NCBI GenBank assembly: GCA_002269645.1
Contig: NIVC01000230.1
Location: 434,001-498,000 of the forward strand
Origin: Macrostomum lignano
Lineage: Eukaryota
Direction: 5' to 3'
Length of the DNA stretch: 64,000 nt
Shown: positions 11,801 to 25,219 of the stretch, in pieces
Layout: every line of letters begins with the position of its first letter
Position numbering within the stretch: the first letter of the stretch is position 1
The notes under the pieces: model-generated
Databases searched by the model: none
What the model saw: only the letters and a program-made list of their open reading frames with translations
What the model was told of the DNA's origin: nothing
Translations under genes and position numbers: made by a program

Positions 11801-13435
11801 AAAATACTAGCAAACTCTAATTTTTATTAATGTGAAAAAGTTTAGCGTAAGTACTTTCAATAATGACTAAGTATTGTTGCTTTGAAAAAAGACGAAATAT
11901 AATCTTACAAAGACAATTAAGTGTTTCTTTTATTTTCTAATTTAGCTTGCAGTTGTTTAAGTACTAGATTATCTTCTTGATTCAAAATATTTTGTTTTTT
12001 AAATTTTTTGTTAAAATTATGGCTATGGCTACGGGAACTATAGGAATATGGTAATTTCAGGGTCATTATGGCTATGGAATACGGAGAATTGGAGTAAGCC
12101 GTAGTTTTGCTTATGGCTATGGCTACAGTACATGGACCCTCCTTACGGTAGAACATTATCCATTTTCCAAATTTTCCTAAAGCTATTAGACATTGGATAG
12201 TATACTCTGGATATATGAGGGATCTGGTTTATAACTATTGGCATAGAAATTGGTGTATAAAGAGGCCTGGCATACCCCTTAGTATAAAGTTTAGTATATA
12301 GAGTCATAGAGATTGCCAAGATAGAAGGTAGGACTAAGCAAATTCCAAGTCCTAATCAATATATAGGCCCCTAGTATACAATTAGAGTACAAAAATGATT
12401 TAGTTAAAGTTTACCATAAACTCTATGTACATATTAAAGTAGCTAAATTTCTTTCAAAAATAACAGTCCCTCTTCAAATAAATAATAAAAAACTAAATTG
12501 AAATAATTATGTTTTACTTTTTTAAGATTTTCAAAAGAAAACAAGAAATAGTTAAAATAATAACTAGTTTTTATAGTTTAATAAAAAGTAACCAGTTTTA
12601 CTAATCTTTTTTTAATATTAAAATGTTGTAAGCCTTAAACAATGATCATAATTTTTCATTTTTTTATTTTGGCATATTTTTGTATGCAATAAAAATCCAT
12701 TGCATACATTGTCATATATAAACTAGGGAACCAATTTTCATTCTGGTATACACTAATACACAATCCTGACCCTGGTATAGCCATGTTTATCATAATGCAA
12801 ATTAACAAAATTGTCACTAAATGATATCATTATAAACAATATTAAATGAGTACTTGCTAGGCCTTTTTAAATAATTATTTAACATAACTTTTTAATGCAA
12901 TTGAACTTTTCAGATAAACATAGTCATAGAATGCCTTGGCAAAGATCTTTTGTTTTTAATCTAGCAAAGAATTTATATTATTACAGGATATTATAAAGTG
13001 TTCCAAATCTCTTAAAATCTATATTCTATAACCATGGCTACCACTAGGCAAGATCTGTATAGCCCAATCTATAACCAAATTTTGCTAGAAAAAGTGCTAC
13101 CTTGAATTTTCTGATAACCATAGCCATAATTATGGTTAAACACTATGAAGCATAATAACTTTATACTTTTATAAACTATATAAACTATGCAATTATGTAT
13201 AGTAATTATATAAATCATATGAGGCATAGAACTTGTATACTTATATAACTTTCATGCTATTATTTATGGTTAAGACTGTCATTTAGGCCCTAAACCAAAT
13301 GGCAAAATTTAGCTAGAATCTGGTTTGATGCTACCTTTAATGTAAAAATCCAAGCTTTCTAGTTAAATGAATATAAACTAGTGAATTTCTAATAGGGCTA
13401 TGACTATAAGTTTAATACTAATATGAAAAATATAT

Positions 13436-13606
13436 GTGCAACCTTGGAAATCACCTAGCCATTTCTATTGGCAAGATATATATATTGTGTATTGTGCTGT
13501 GTTGTTATTAGCTGAGAGCAATCATATAACTATTATTCCATCTAGTAGCAACTTATATATACGTGTGTTGCCAATAGAAATAGCCAAGTGAATCCCTAGG
13601 TTGCAC
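13436..13606. mobile_element. Small MITE-like element with ~39-bp imperfect terminal inverted repeats
   Basis: GTGCAACC...TTTCTATTGGCAA at left matches the reverse complement of 13568-13606 with 6 mismatches; no clear TSD. Confidence 0.5.
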
Positions 13607-14338
13607 CAACCATGAGTATAGAATATCTGCTATGAGCTACAAGAACAAAAAATATCATTGTCTCAATATATAGTTTTTTGAGCTAAATACAATTTTGTTA
13701 AAACAAATCTGCAATTATATATTTTAAAATATATATATCATTTTTGCAAGCAAACAAAAGCTCTTTAGAAATGATGTCTCTTTAGAATTTAGGACAAAAC
13801 CATTTTTTTAAGATAATGCTTCCCTAAATGTTTATACAATGGAATAAGAAACCATAAATAAATAACCTCGTTACTCTTTTATGTACATTAGGCTTGCTCA
13901 ATAGCAGATTTTTAATAACTTAAAAAATGCTTATTAGCAATTTAATCTTTCATAGAAATGTAGTGCTCATCATTTACAAAAACTAACAATTTATATAGAA
14001 CAGTAGAGTAATGCTCATTGGGATAGTCTGTGAGGCTTGGTTGGCACTCATTATTTTTTTTATGATGCCAAGTTACAAAAAAAATTTAAAAAATTAATGT
14101 ATAATGAAATTTTCACTCTGACATTTACTTCAATTTCAGGCTGGTATGCAATGTAATTATGTAAACTCTTGAAATTATTATTAAAAGGTGTGAATCAAAT
14201 TATTTATTATTTCTGCTGAAAGACAAATTCTACAAGCTAAAAGATCCGCACTTCTCATTTTCGATTACTGATTTCCCTCCAATCACCTCTGGAGGGAACT
14301 GCCGAAATCTGCTCTTCCGCTTCCTCTAAACAGCAAGC

Positions 14339-17181
14339 ATGTCTAGGAATTTGCGCCAGCTCGTTTCTAAGAAGAAGCGCCGTTACGATGATGGAGAATT
14401 CAATCTCGATTTGTCCTACATCACCTCGCAGGTCATCGCTATGGGCGTCCCAGCTGAGACTTTTGAACGCTTCTATCGGAATGACATTAGCGAGGTTGCC
14501 AAGTGAGAATTCTGGCTTAACTAATTCTGCTGATAGATAGATAAGTTGACTGATTGATGTACGGACTAGTAGTTTCGCCTCATTGATTGATAGATTGATA
14601 GTCTTTATTGATTGATGGATTGATATGCTTCATTGGTTGATAGATTGATATGCTTCATTGATTGATAAATTGATAGGCTTTATTGATTGATAGATTGACA
14701 GGCTTCATTGATTGATAGATTGACAGGCTTCATTGATTGATAGATTGATAGGCTTCATTGGTTGATATTGATAGATTGATATGCTTCATTGATTGATATT
14801 GATATGCTTCATTGATTGATAGATTGATAGGCTTTATTGATTGATAGATTGATAGGCTTTATTGATTGATAGATTGATAGGCTTTATTGATTGATAGATT
14901 GATATGCTTCATTGATTGATATTGATATGCTTCATTGGTTGATAGATTGATATGCTTCATTGATTGATAGATTGATAGGTTTCATCGATCTTTAGATTTA
15001 TAGGCTTCATTGATTGATAGATTGATAGGCTTTATTGATTGATAGATTGATAGTCTTTATTGATTGATAGATTGATAGGATTTATTGATTGATAGATTGA
15101 TAGGATTTATTGATTGATAGATTGATAGGATTTATTGATTGATAGATTGATAGGTTTCATCGATCTTTAGATTTATAGGCTTCATTGATTGATAGATTGA
15201 TAGGCTTTATTGATTGATAGATTGATAGTCTTTATTGATTGATAGATTGATAGGATTTATTGATTGATAGATTGATAGGATTTATTGATTGATAGATTGA
15301 TAGGATTTATTGATTGATAGATTGATAGGATTTATTGATTGATAGATTGATAGGATTTATTGATTGATAGATTGATAGGATTTATTGATTGATAGATTGA
15401 TAGGATTTATTGATTGATAGATTGATAGGATTTATTGATTGATAGATTGATAGGATTTATTGATTGATAGATTGATAGGATTTATTGATTGATAGATTGA
15501 TAGGATTTATTGATTGATAGATTGATAGGATTTATTGATTGATAGATTGATAGGCTTCATTGGTTGATAGATTCATAGTCTTCATTGGTTGATAGATTCA
15601 TAGTCTTCATTGGTTGATAGATTGATATGCTTCATTGATTGATAGATTGAGATGCTTCATTGATTGATAGATTGAGATGCTTCATTGATTAATAGATTGA
15701 TAGGTTTTATTGATCTTTAGATTTATAGGCTTCATTGATTGATAGATTGATAGGCTTTATTGATTGATAGATTGATAGTCTTTATTGGTTGATAGATTGA
15801 TATGCTTCATTGATTGATAAATTGATAGGCTTTATTGATTGATAGATTGACAGGCTTCATTGATTGATAGATTGACAGGCTTCATTGATTGATAGATTGA
15901 TAGGCTTCATTGGTTGATATTGATAGATTGATATGCTTCATTGATTGATATTGATATGCTTCATTGATTGATAGATTGATAGGCTTTATTGATTGATAGA
16001 TTGATAGGCTTTATTGATTGATAGATTGATAGGCTTTATTGATTGATAGATTGATATGCTTCATTGATTGATATTGATATGCTTCATTGGTTGATAGATT
16101 GATATGCTTCATTGATTGATAGATTGATAGGTTTCATCGATCTTTAGATTTATAGGCTTCATTGATTGATAGATTTATAGGCTTTATTGATTGATAGATT
16201 GATAGTCTTTATTGTTTGATAGATTGATAGTCTTTATTGATTGATAGATTGATAGGATTTATTGATTGATAGATTGATATGATTTATTGATTGATAGATT
16301 GATAGGTTTCATCGATCTTTAGATTTATAGGCTTCATTGATTGATAGATTGATAGGCTTTATTGATTGATAGATTGATAGTCTTTATTGATTGATAGATT
16401 GATAGGATTTATTGATTGATAGATTGATAGGATTTATTGATTGATAGATTGATAGGATTTATTGATTGATAGATTGATAGGATTTATTGATTGATAGATT
16501 GATAGGATTTATTGATTGATAGATTGATAGGATTTATTGATTGATAGATTGATAGGATTTATTGATTGATAGATTGATAGGATTTATTGATTGATAGATT
16601 GATAGGATTTATTGATTGATAGATTGATAGGCTTCATTGGTTGATAGATTCATAGTCTTCATTGGTTGATAGATTCATAGTCTTCATTGGTTGATAGATT
16701 GATATGCTTCATTGATTGATAGATTGAGATGCTTCATTGATTGATAGATTGAGATGCTTCATTGATTAATAGATTGATAGGTTTTATTGATCTTTAGATT
16801 TATAGGCTTCATTGATTGATAGATTGATAGGCTTTATTGATTGATAGATTGATAGTCGTTATTGGTTGATAGATTGATATGCTTCATTGATCGATAGATT
16901 GATGGCTTTCTTGATTGTTGTAGAAGTACTCAAGTGCAAATCCAGGCCTCTCTCTAGCTTCTATTGCTCTGCAAAGTGCGACAGCAGTGTCTAAGTATGA
17001 AAGAGTTGAGTGTCCGCGCACTTTTGAGAGTCAATCAGTCGTGATTCACAGTCTAGCCCGCGGCCTTCAAGCCCTGCTTAACGGAGAACAAAGGACGTGA
17101 CCTTACAGCTGTCTTGTTCAGCCCATTTAGGACGTGGCTTCTTCTGTCCTCTGCTCTCCCCCTCCCCAGTGCAGCCTGCGA

Positions 17182-17232
<51 letters not shown>

Positions 17233-18582
17233 TGGCCTCGTCCCCTGCCCACCCCAATCGACTCGCGCTGCCGCTCTGCTCCGGAAGAGTACAATTGCAG
17301 CCCCGCCGCTGCACCCTTAGTGCGTCACCGAGTTCCTCGAGAATATGCACTTTTAGCTCCTGGCACAGTCTGCGCTCGGTGGCTTATCTCGATGTACTTT
17401 AATATTTCTCTCTCTTCTGTATCTCTTGAAGTCTCTGAGAGCCGCTAGCAAGCAGAAATTTAATGGGTATTAAAGACGTGTCTTTTCGTTCTGAAGGTTC
17501 AGTCTGAATGTCTGTCTTGTCTGAGTTGCTATTAGCCGCCAGAGTTTGCCTGAGATGGCACTGACAGTACCGCCCGATCTTTTTTAGGCTTGCTTCGTTC
17601 AATATGAAGGGTTTTTTAAAACTTGAAGTCTGCAGAAAGGCACTTGTAGTTTTACAAACTTTTCAAAGCTTAGATGAGAGTTTTAATTTTATTTGGATTG
17701 AAAAAATCAATACAGATATTATAGATTCATAAACGTGATCACATAGTGTCTTGTTGAGGCTGTTCCAACAAAGAACTTTTACCTTAGCTGGCTTCCTACA
17801 GATCCGCAGTTGCTGGGCCAGCCTCCCAGATCCTCAGTTGCTGGGCCAGCCTCCCAGATCCTCAGTTTGGTGGGCCAGCCTCCCAGAGTGTCAGTTGCTG
17901 GGCCAGCCTCCCAGATCCTCAGTTGCTGGGCCAGCCTCCCAGATCCTCAGTTGCTGGGCCAGCCTCCCAGATCCTCAGTTGCTGGGCCAGCCTCCCAGAT
18001 CCTCAGTTGCTGGGCCAGCATCCCATATTTGCAGTCTTAAACTATGTTTTTTGTAATTGTATTATTTCTTAGAAATCTATTAATGCCTCGCGTTTCCTCG
18101 CCAGATTCCTAGAAACGCACCACCCGGACCGGTACAAGGTGTACAACCTGTGTGCCGAGAGGTCCTACAACCACGCCAAGTTCAAGGACCGCGTAGAGCA
18201 GTTCGCCATGCAGGACCACAACCCCCCGCTGATCCACACCATTCCTTACTTCTGCACCTCCGTGTACAAATGGCTGCAAAACGGGCCGGACTATGTGGCC
18301 GCCATTCACTGCAAAGCCGGAAAGGTTTGTTTTAACGCGTAGATTTTTATCGCGCTTTTTCGATGCCAACTGAATTGATGTAATATGCTGCTATTTGAGT
18401 TGAAATAGAATATTTAATTACTGGCTTGTCTGTCTGTCTTAGTGGTGCTGTTTTAGTTTCTGTCTGTCTGTCTGTGTATCTGTCAGTGTCTGTCTGTCTG
18501 TGTGTCTGTCTGTCTGTCTGCGTGTCTGTCTGTCTGTGTGCGTGTCTGTCTGTCTGTCTGTCTGTGTGTCTGTCTGTCTGTG

Positions 18583-18621
<39 letters not shown>

Positions 18622-18746
18622 GTGTCTGTCTGTGTGTCTGTGTGTCTGTCTGTCTGTGTGCGTGTCTGTCTGTCTGTGTGTCTGTCTGTCTGTCTGTGTG
18701 TCTGTCTGTCTGTCTGTCTGTCTGTGTGTCTGTCTGTGTGTCTGTG

Positions 18747-18792
<46 letters not shown>

Positions 18793-18902
18793 CGTGTCTG
18801 TCTGTCTGTGTGCGTGTCTGTCTGTCTGTCTGTCTGTGTGTCTGTCTGTCTGTGTGTCTGTCTGTCTGTCTGTCTGTCTGTGTGTCTGTCTGTGTGTCTG
18901 TG

Positions 18903-18947
<45 letters not shown>

Positions 18948-18980
18948 GGCTGTCTGTCTGTTTGTCTTAGTCTCTCTCTC

Positions 18981-19041
<61 letters not shown>

Positions 19042-22000
19042 CTCTCTGCGTCTCTCTGTCTATCTACCCCAGCCCACCCCACCGCCGCAGGGCCGCACCG
19101 GGGTCATGATCTGCTGCTATCTGCTATATGAGAGCTACCAGGGCATGCGTGAGCAGGAGCCAACGAGGCTCACAGCCGATCAAGTGTTGGACCTTTACGA
19201 CAAGCGCAGAACTCACAATAAGAAGGTAAGCTGGGCACGCATAGCGGTATCTGCTACTTAAATAAAGACTTTGACAAGGCGGATCAATGTGGAATTTTTT
19301 ATTGATTGAACTCAAAGTGAAAAATTGAATCCCGCGTGTACAAGTACTCGTACAAGTGCGAGCTAATTACGGTTAAGTTGGCGGACAAGTTCGCTTTGAT
19401 GTATATGATTCAGCTTTGCGTAAAATGTAATTTATTTTTAGCAAGCCTGTTTGAAGATATTAAAGGGATCTATTTCTGTCAAGATCAAAGGCTGAAGGCG
19501 TAATTATTTAGCGAAATTTTATTTTTAAAAATCGTGCTTGCGATTTTCTATTGTTAATATATGAAAATCGCCCATTAACTGTGAGAATCGCCCATAGACT
19601 ATAAAAACCGCTCATAGACTGACTATGAGAATCGCCCGTAGGCTATAAGAATCGCCTTTAGACTATGAGAATTGCCCGTAGGCTATAAGAATCGCCCATA
19701 GACTATGAGAATCGCCCAGACTATGAGAATCGCCCGTAGGCTATAAGAATCGCCCATAGACTATGAGAATCGCCCATAGACTATGAGAATCGCCCGTAGG
19801 CTATAAGAATCGCCCATAGACTATGAGAATTGCCCGTAGGCTATAAGAATCACCCATAGACTATGAGAATCGCCCATAAACTATGAGGATCGCCCATAGA
19901 CTATAAGAATCGCCCATAGACTATGAGGATCGTCCATAGACTATAAGAATCGCCCATAGACTATGAAAATCGCCCAGAGACTATGAGAATCGCCCATAGA
20001 CTATAAGAATCGCCCATAGACTATGAGGATCGCCCAGAGACTATGAGAATCGCCCATAGACTATAAGAATCGCCCATAAACTATGAGGATCGCCCATAGA
20101 CTATAAGAATCGCCCAGAGACTATGAGAATCGCCCATAGACTATAAGAATCGCCCATAGACTATGAGGATCGCCCATAGACTAAAAGAATCGCCCATAGA
20201 CTATGAAAATCGCCCATAGACTATGAGAATCGCCCATAGACTATAAGAATCGCCCATAGACTATGAGGATCGCCCATAGACTAAAAGAATCGCCCATAGA
20301 CTATGAGAATCGCCCATAGACTATGAGAATCGCCCATAGACTATAAGAATCGCCCATAGACTACAAGAATCGCCCATAGACTATAAGAATCGCCCATAGA
20401 CTATAAGAATCGCCCATAGACTATAAGAATCGCCCATAGACTATAAGAATCGCCCATAGACTTTGAGAATCGCCTATAGGAGCTTAACTGTGATAATCGC
20501 CCTTAGACTCGATGAATTTTATTGCTGGAAAATTTGTTAGAATTCTGTGACTACAGTATGTATTATTCTGTTAACGCAGTTTGAACTCGAATTGCCTATT
20601 TCTGTCCCAGCTAATAATCCTTTTTCCCTTTCGGGTCTGCCCTCTCTGAAGTATCGAAATCTTGTCTGTCTCAGTTCTATCCACACCATGTTAGCCTTAG
20701 CTCGCAATCTACTTTCACCAAGATAAAAAAGTGTGGGGCTGCACTCTAATTCGGGCATCCAGTGCCGCTCTCAGCTTGTACAAGTGCGACTGTACTGTCA
20801 GTGTCACGCTGTCCCCGTCTCTCCCTGTCTTCTCACAGATTCTATATTTAGTTTAGGAATCTGTCTCCCCATTTGCCGAACTTTTCTCCGAGCTGACAAT
20901 GTCCGACCTTCTCTGTACTATTGATTCTATGAGATTCATGAGATTCGAGCTTGTAGAGTTTCAAGTTTGTAGAGTTTCGAGTTTGTGGAGTTTCGAGCTT
21001 GTGGAGTTTCGAGTTTGTGGAGTTTCGAGTTTGTGGAGTTTCGAGCTTGTGGAGTTTCGAGTTTGTGGAGTTTCGAGCTTGTGGAGTTTCGAGTTTGTGG
21101 AGTTTCGAGCTTGTGAGTTTCGAGCTTGTGGAGTTTCGAGCTTGTGGAGTTTCGAGTTTGTGGAGTTTCGAGCTTGTGGAGTTTCGAGCTTGTAGAGTTT
21201 CGAGCTTGTGGAGTTTCGAGCTTGTAGAGTTTCGAGCTTGTAGGGTTTCGAGCTTGTAGGGTTTCGAGCTTGTGGAGTTTCGAGCTTGTAGGGTTTCGAG
21301 CTTGAGAAGTATCGAGCTTCTGACACCGTCCCCTCCTGCGGACTATTGCCTTCGATTTTTCTAAAAATCAAATCCACCCTCTGGCTCCGCAGGGCGTCAC
21401 CATCCCGTCCCAGCGACGCTACGTGTACTATTACGCGCACGTGCTCCGGCACAACCTGGTGGTTGAGTCCTGCCCCTTGGTGCTTCGCTCGGTCAGCGTA
21501 GAGGGCGGCCTGCCCTCCTACCCGCCTAGCGGAGGCTGCTGCCTGTTCTTCCGCTGCCAGAAGCTGGTCCGCGACTTCCACCAGGACAACCGTAGCGCTC
21601 ACCGGCCCATCGGGGAGTCGGAAATGTGCGAGCCGAAGCGGGGCCAGCAGTCAGCCATCATCCCAATGTCCGCGCCAATTAAAGTCAACGGCGACGTGAA
21701 GATTGTCTTCTACAATCGGAGCAAAGTGTTGGCCCTGTGCGAGGAGCTGTTTCACTGCTGGTTCAACACCTTCTTTGTCTTGAACCAGCCGCAAGACACT
21801 CCGGGTGCGCTCTGGCGAAGTCGGAAACGAGAGGCCGCTGGCCTGGCGCCGGACGAGCAGGATGACAAATATCTGTACTTGACGCTGACTAAGTCTGAGC
21901 TGGACAAGGCCTGCAAGGATAAAATGTTCCCCGACACCTTCTGCGTGAGCTCTGCGCTGAGTGCTCTCTTCTGGGGGAGAGTAGGGGGGTAGAGAGGGAG

Positions 22001-24196
22001 AGATTGGGGATAGAGAGGGAGAGTGGGGGATGGAGAGGGGGAGTGGGGGATAGAGAGGGAGAGTGGGGGATAGAGAGGGAGAGTAGGGGATAGAGAGGGA
22101 GAGTGGGGGATAGAGAGGGAGAGTGGGGGATAGAGAGGGAGAGTGGGAGTAGGAGAGGGAGAGTGGGGGGTAGGAGAGAGAGAGTGGGAGTAGGAGAGGG
22201 AGAGTGGGGGGTAGAGAGGGAGAGTGGGAGTAGGAGAGGGAGAGTGGGGGTAGGAGAGAGAGAGTGGGAGTAGGAGAGGGAGAGTGGGGGGTAGGAGAGA
22301 GAGAGTGGGGGTAGAGAGGGAGAGTGGGAGTAGGAGAGGGAGAGTGGGGGGTAGAGAGGGAGAGTGGGGAGTAGGAGAGGGAGAGTGGGGGTAGAGAGGG
22401 AGAGTGGGAGTAGGAGAGGGAGAGTGGGGGTAGAGAGGGAGAGTGGGAGTAGGAGAGGGAGAGTGGGGGGTAGAGAGGGAGAGTGGGGAGTAGGAGAGGG
22501 AGAGTGGGGAGTAGGAGAGGGAGAGTGGGGAGTAGGAGAGAGAGAGTGGGGGTAGAGAGGGAGAGTGGGGAGTAGGAGAGGGAGAGTGGGGGGTAGGAGA
22601 GAGAGAGTGGGGAGTAGAGAGGGAGAGTGGGGGGTAGGAGAGAGAGAGTGGGGGTAGGAGAGAGAGAGTGGGGGTAGAGAGGGAGAGTGGGGGTAGGAGA
22701 GGGAGAGTGGGGGTAGAGAGGGAGAGTGGGGGTAGGAGAGGGAGAGTGGGGAGTAGAGAGGGAGAGTGGGAGTAGGAGAGGGAGAGTGGGGGATAGAGAG
22801 GGAGAGTGGGGGTAGGAGAGAGAGAGTGGGGGATAGAGAGGGAGAGTGGGGGATAGAGAGGGAGAGTGAAGGGATAGAGAGGGAGTGTGGGGAATAGAGA
22901 GGGAGAGTGGGGGGTAGAGAGGGAGAGTGGGGGTAGAGAGGGAGAGTGGGAGTAGGAGAGGGAGAGTGGGGGGTAGAGAGGGAGAGTGGGGGTAGAGAGG
23001 GAGAGTGGGGTAGGAGAGAGAGAGTGGAGGTAGAGAGGGAGAGTGGGGGTAGGAGAGGGAGAGTGGGGGTAGGAGAGGGAGAGTGGGGGTAGGAGAGGGA
23101 GAGTGGGGGTAGGAGAGGGAGAGTGGGGATAGAGAGGGAGAGTGGGGGTAGAGAGGGAGAGTGGGGGTAGAGAGGGAGAGTGGGGTAGAGAGGGAGAGTG
23201 GGGTAGGAGAGGGAGAGTGGGGGTAGAGAGGGAGAGTGGGGGTAGAGAGGGAGAGTGGGGGTAGAGAGGAGAGTGGGGGTAGAGAGGGAGAGTGGGGGTA
23301 GGAGAGGGAGAGTGGGGGTAGAGAGGGAGAGTGGGGTAGAGAGGGAGAGTGGGGTAGGAGAGAGAGAGTGGGGGTAGAGAGGGAGAGTGGGAGTAGGAGA
23401 GGGAGAGTGGGGGTAGGAGAGGGAGAGTGGGGGTAGGAGAGAGAGAGTGGGGGTAGGAGAGAGGAGAGTGGGGGTAGGAGAGGGAGAGTGGGGGTAGGAG
23501 AGGGAGAGTGGGGGTGGGGGTAGGAGAGGGAGAGTGGGGGTAGAGAGGGAGAGTGGGGGTAGAGAGGGAGAGTGGGGGTAGAGAGGGAGAGTGGGGGTAG
23601 AGAGGGAGAGTGGGAGTAGAGAGAGAGGAGAGTGGGGGGTAGAGAGGGAGAGTGGGAGTAGGAGAGGGAGAGTGGGGGATAGAGAGGAAGAGTGGGTGTA
23701 GGAGAGGGAGAGTGGGGATAGAGAGGAAGAGTGGGGATAGAGAGGGAGAGTGGGGGATAGAGAGGGAGAGCAGAGGTCAGGATGGGCACTTGTTCCCAGA
23801 TGGACGCCCATCCCACCGCAGTCGTATCCTAATCCTCTCCCAAACCCGGCCCGCAACCAGGTGACCCTCCAATTCGAGCTGCCGGATCCGAACAGCTCGG
23901 ACGAGGACAACCCGACTGACGGGCTCTACCGGCCCTTCTCCTACTGCTCCGCACCCGCCTCGTCCAGCGCCGGCTGCTCCACAGCTGCTGCGACTGCGTC
24001 ATCACCAATCTGCGCCGGAGCTCTCGTCGACACCCGCGTCGCCTCCGGCCCGCTGTCGGCTTCGTCGTCGTCGATTAGCACCCCGGCTGAGTCCGACTCC
24101 GAGGGGGGCAACTGCCCGGTGGATGGCAATGGAACTGATTCACGGCCTCGGATAGAGCTGGAGCCAGGCTGCTGTGGTGACGAAGATTTGGATTGA
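14339..24196 (+). CDS. PTEN: PTEN lipid/protein phosphatase; exons 14339-14502, 18105-18324, 19091-19225, 21393-21944, 23861-24196 (468 aa)
   Basis: [43 protein letters not shown]|[10 protein letters not shown]|[15 protein letters not shown]2 motifs [16 protein letters not shown] and [11 protein letters not shown]. All junctions are GT-AG and in phase. Confidence 0.96.
14535..16915. repeat. ~25-bp satellite (TTGATAGATTGATAGGCTTTATTGA variants) in PTEN intron 1, with an internal ~1.15-kb block duplication
   Basis: Diagnostic variants recur at an offset of 1152 bp. Confidence 0.95.
17186..17228. repeat. (AG)n microsatellite
   Basis: Read directly. Confidence 0.95.
17805..18022 (+). repeat. 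28-bp minisatellite GTTGCTGGGCCAGCCTCCCAGATCCTCA; same family as 40600-41590 (opposite strand)
   Basis: The unit is the reverse complement of the 40.6-41.6 kb unit. Confidence 0.9.
18425..19060. repeat. (TGTC)n/(TG)/(TC)n compound microsatellite filling PTEN intron 2
   Basis: Read directly. Confidence 0.95.
19575..20480. repeat. 20-bp minisatellite GACTAT[G/A]AGAATCGCCCATA in PTEN intron 3
   Basis: Period of 20 is visible in lines 20341-20460. Confidence 0.95.
20945..21305. repeat. 16-bp minisatellite GTGGAGTTTCGAG[C/T]TT in PTEN intron 3
   Basis: Period of 16 checked at 21001/21017. Confidence 0.9.
21975..23775. repeat. ~19-bp G-rich purine minisatellite (GAGAGGGAGAGTGGGGGTA) filling PTEN intron 4
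   Basis: Read directly; the long Pro/Ser/Leu ORFs on the minus strand are artefacts. Confidence 0.95.
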
Positions 24197-24252
24197 GATT
24201 GGCAGCTTGTGCCTTTACCTCTGCTGGGTACTGTTCAGGCAGCTGAGAATTG

Positions 24253-24810
24253 ACCATAGACAGCTGGAGGTTGTGTATTGCTCAGGATCCAGGGTCGGGC
24301 AGTATTGGCCATAGACAGCTGGAGGTTGTGTATTGCTCAGGATCCAGGGTCGGGCAGTATTGGCCATAGACAGCTGGAGGTTGTGTGTTGCTCAGGTATC
24401 CAGGGTCGGGCAGTATTGGCCATAGACAGCTAGAGGTTGTGTGTTGCTCAGGATCCAGGGTCGGGCAGTATTGGCCATAGACAGCTGGAGGTTGTGTGTT
24501 GCTCAGGATCCAGAGTCGAGCAGTATTGGCCATAGACAGCTGGAGGTTGTGTGTTGCTCAGGATCCAGGGTCGGGCAGTATTGGCCATAGACAGCTGGAG
24601 GTTGTGTGTTGCTCAGGATCCAGGGTCGGGCAGTATTGGCCAGACAGCTGGAGGTTGTGTGTTGCTCAGGATCCAGGGTCGGGCAGTATTGGCCATAGAC
24701 AGCTGGAGGTTGTGTGTTGCTTAGGATCCAGGGTCGGGCAGTATTGGCCATAGACAGCTGGAGGTTGTGTGTTGCTCAGGATCCAGGGTCGGGCAGTATT
24801 GGCCATAGAC
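24253..24810. repeat. 55-bp minisatellite, about 10 copies, starting just after the PTEN stop codon (3' UTR region)
   Basis: Period of 55 checked at 24306/24361. Confidence 0.92.
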
Positions 24811-25219
24811 ATCGTGTTAGATAAGTTTCTTATTCTGTACTTTCCACTAATAAATGCCACGTTGAGCTGTAGTTTGTGGTGTGCGTATATCCATATATAT
24901 TATATATATTATTTATTTACTGATAGCTTATTGATAGAATTAAAAAAATGCGCCTGTCTTTGGCGTTGTGCTTTTTTGTCGCGTTCGTCTCCTAATGTTA
25001 TTTTTGTAATGCAGCTTCCGGTCTTTCAGCCGTGTCGAGCGTGCTCACTGCTTTATCCGATTCATAGGTTTCATTTTTAGTTTGTTCTTATCTCTGTGTA
25101 TATCAGATTATCCATGTACATCAGATTCTATGATCCTATAATGAAGATAATTTTCGTTCAGTAAATTATTGATGCTCGCGTGATTAGAGTTATAATAAAA
25201 TATATTGCCAGTTGTACAC

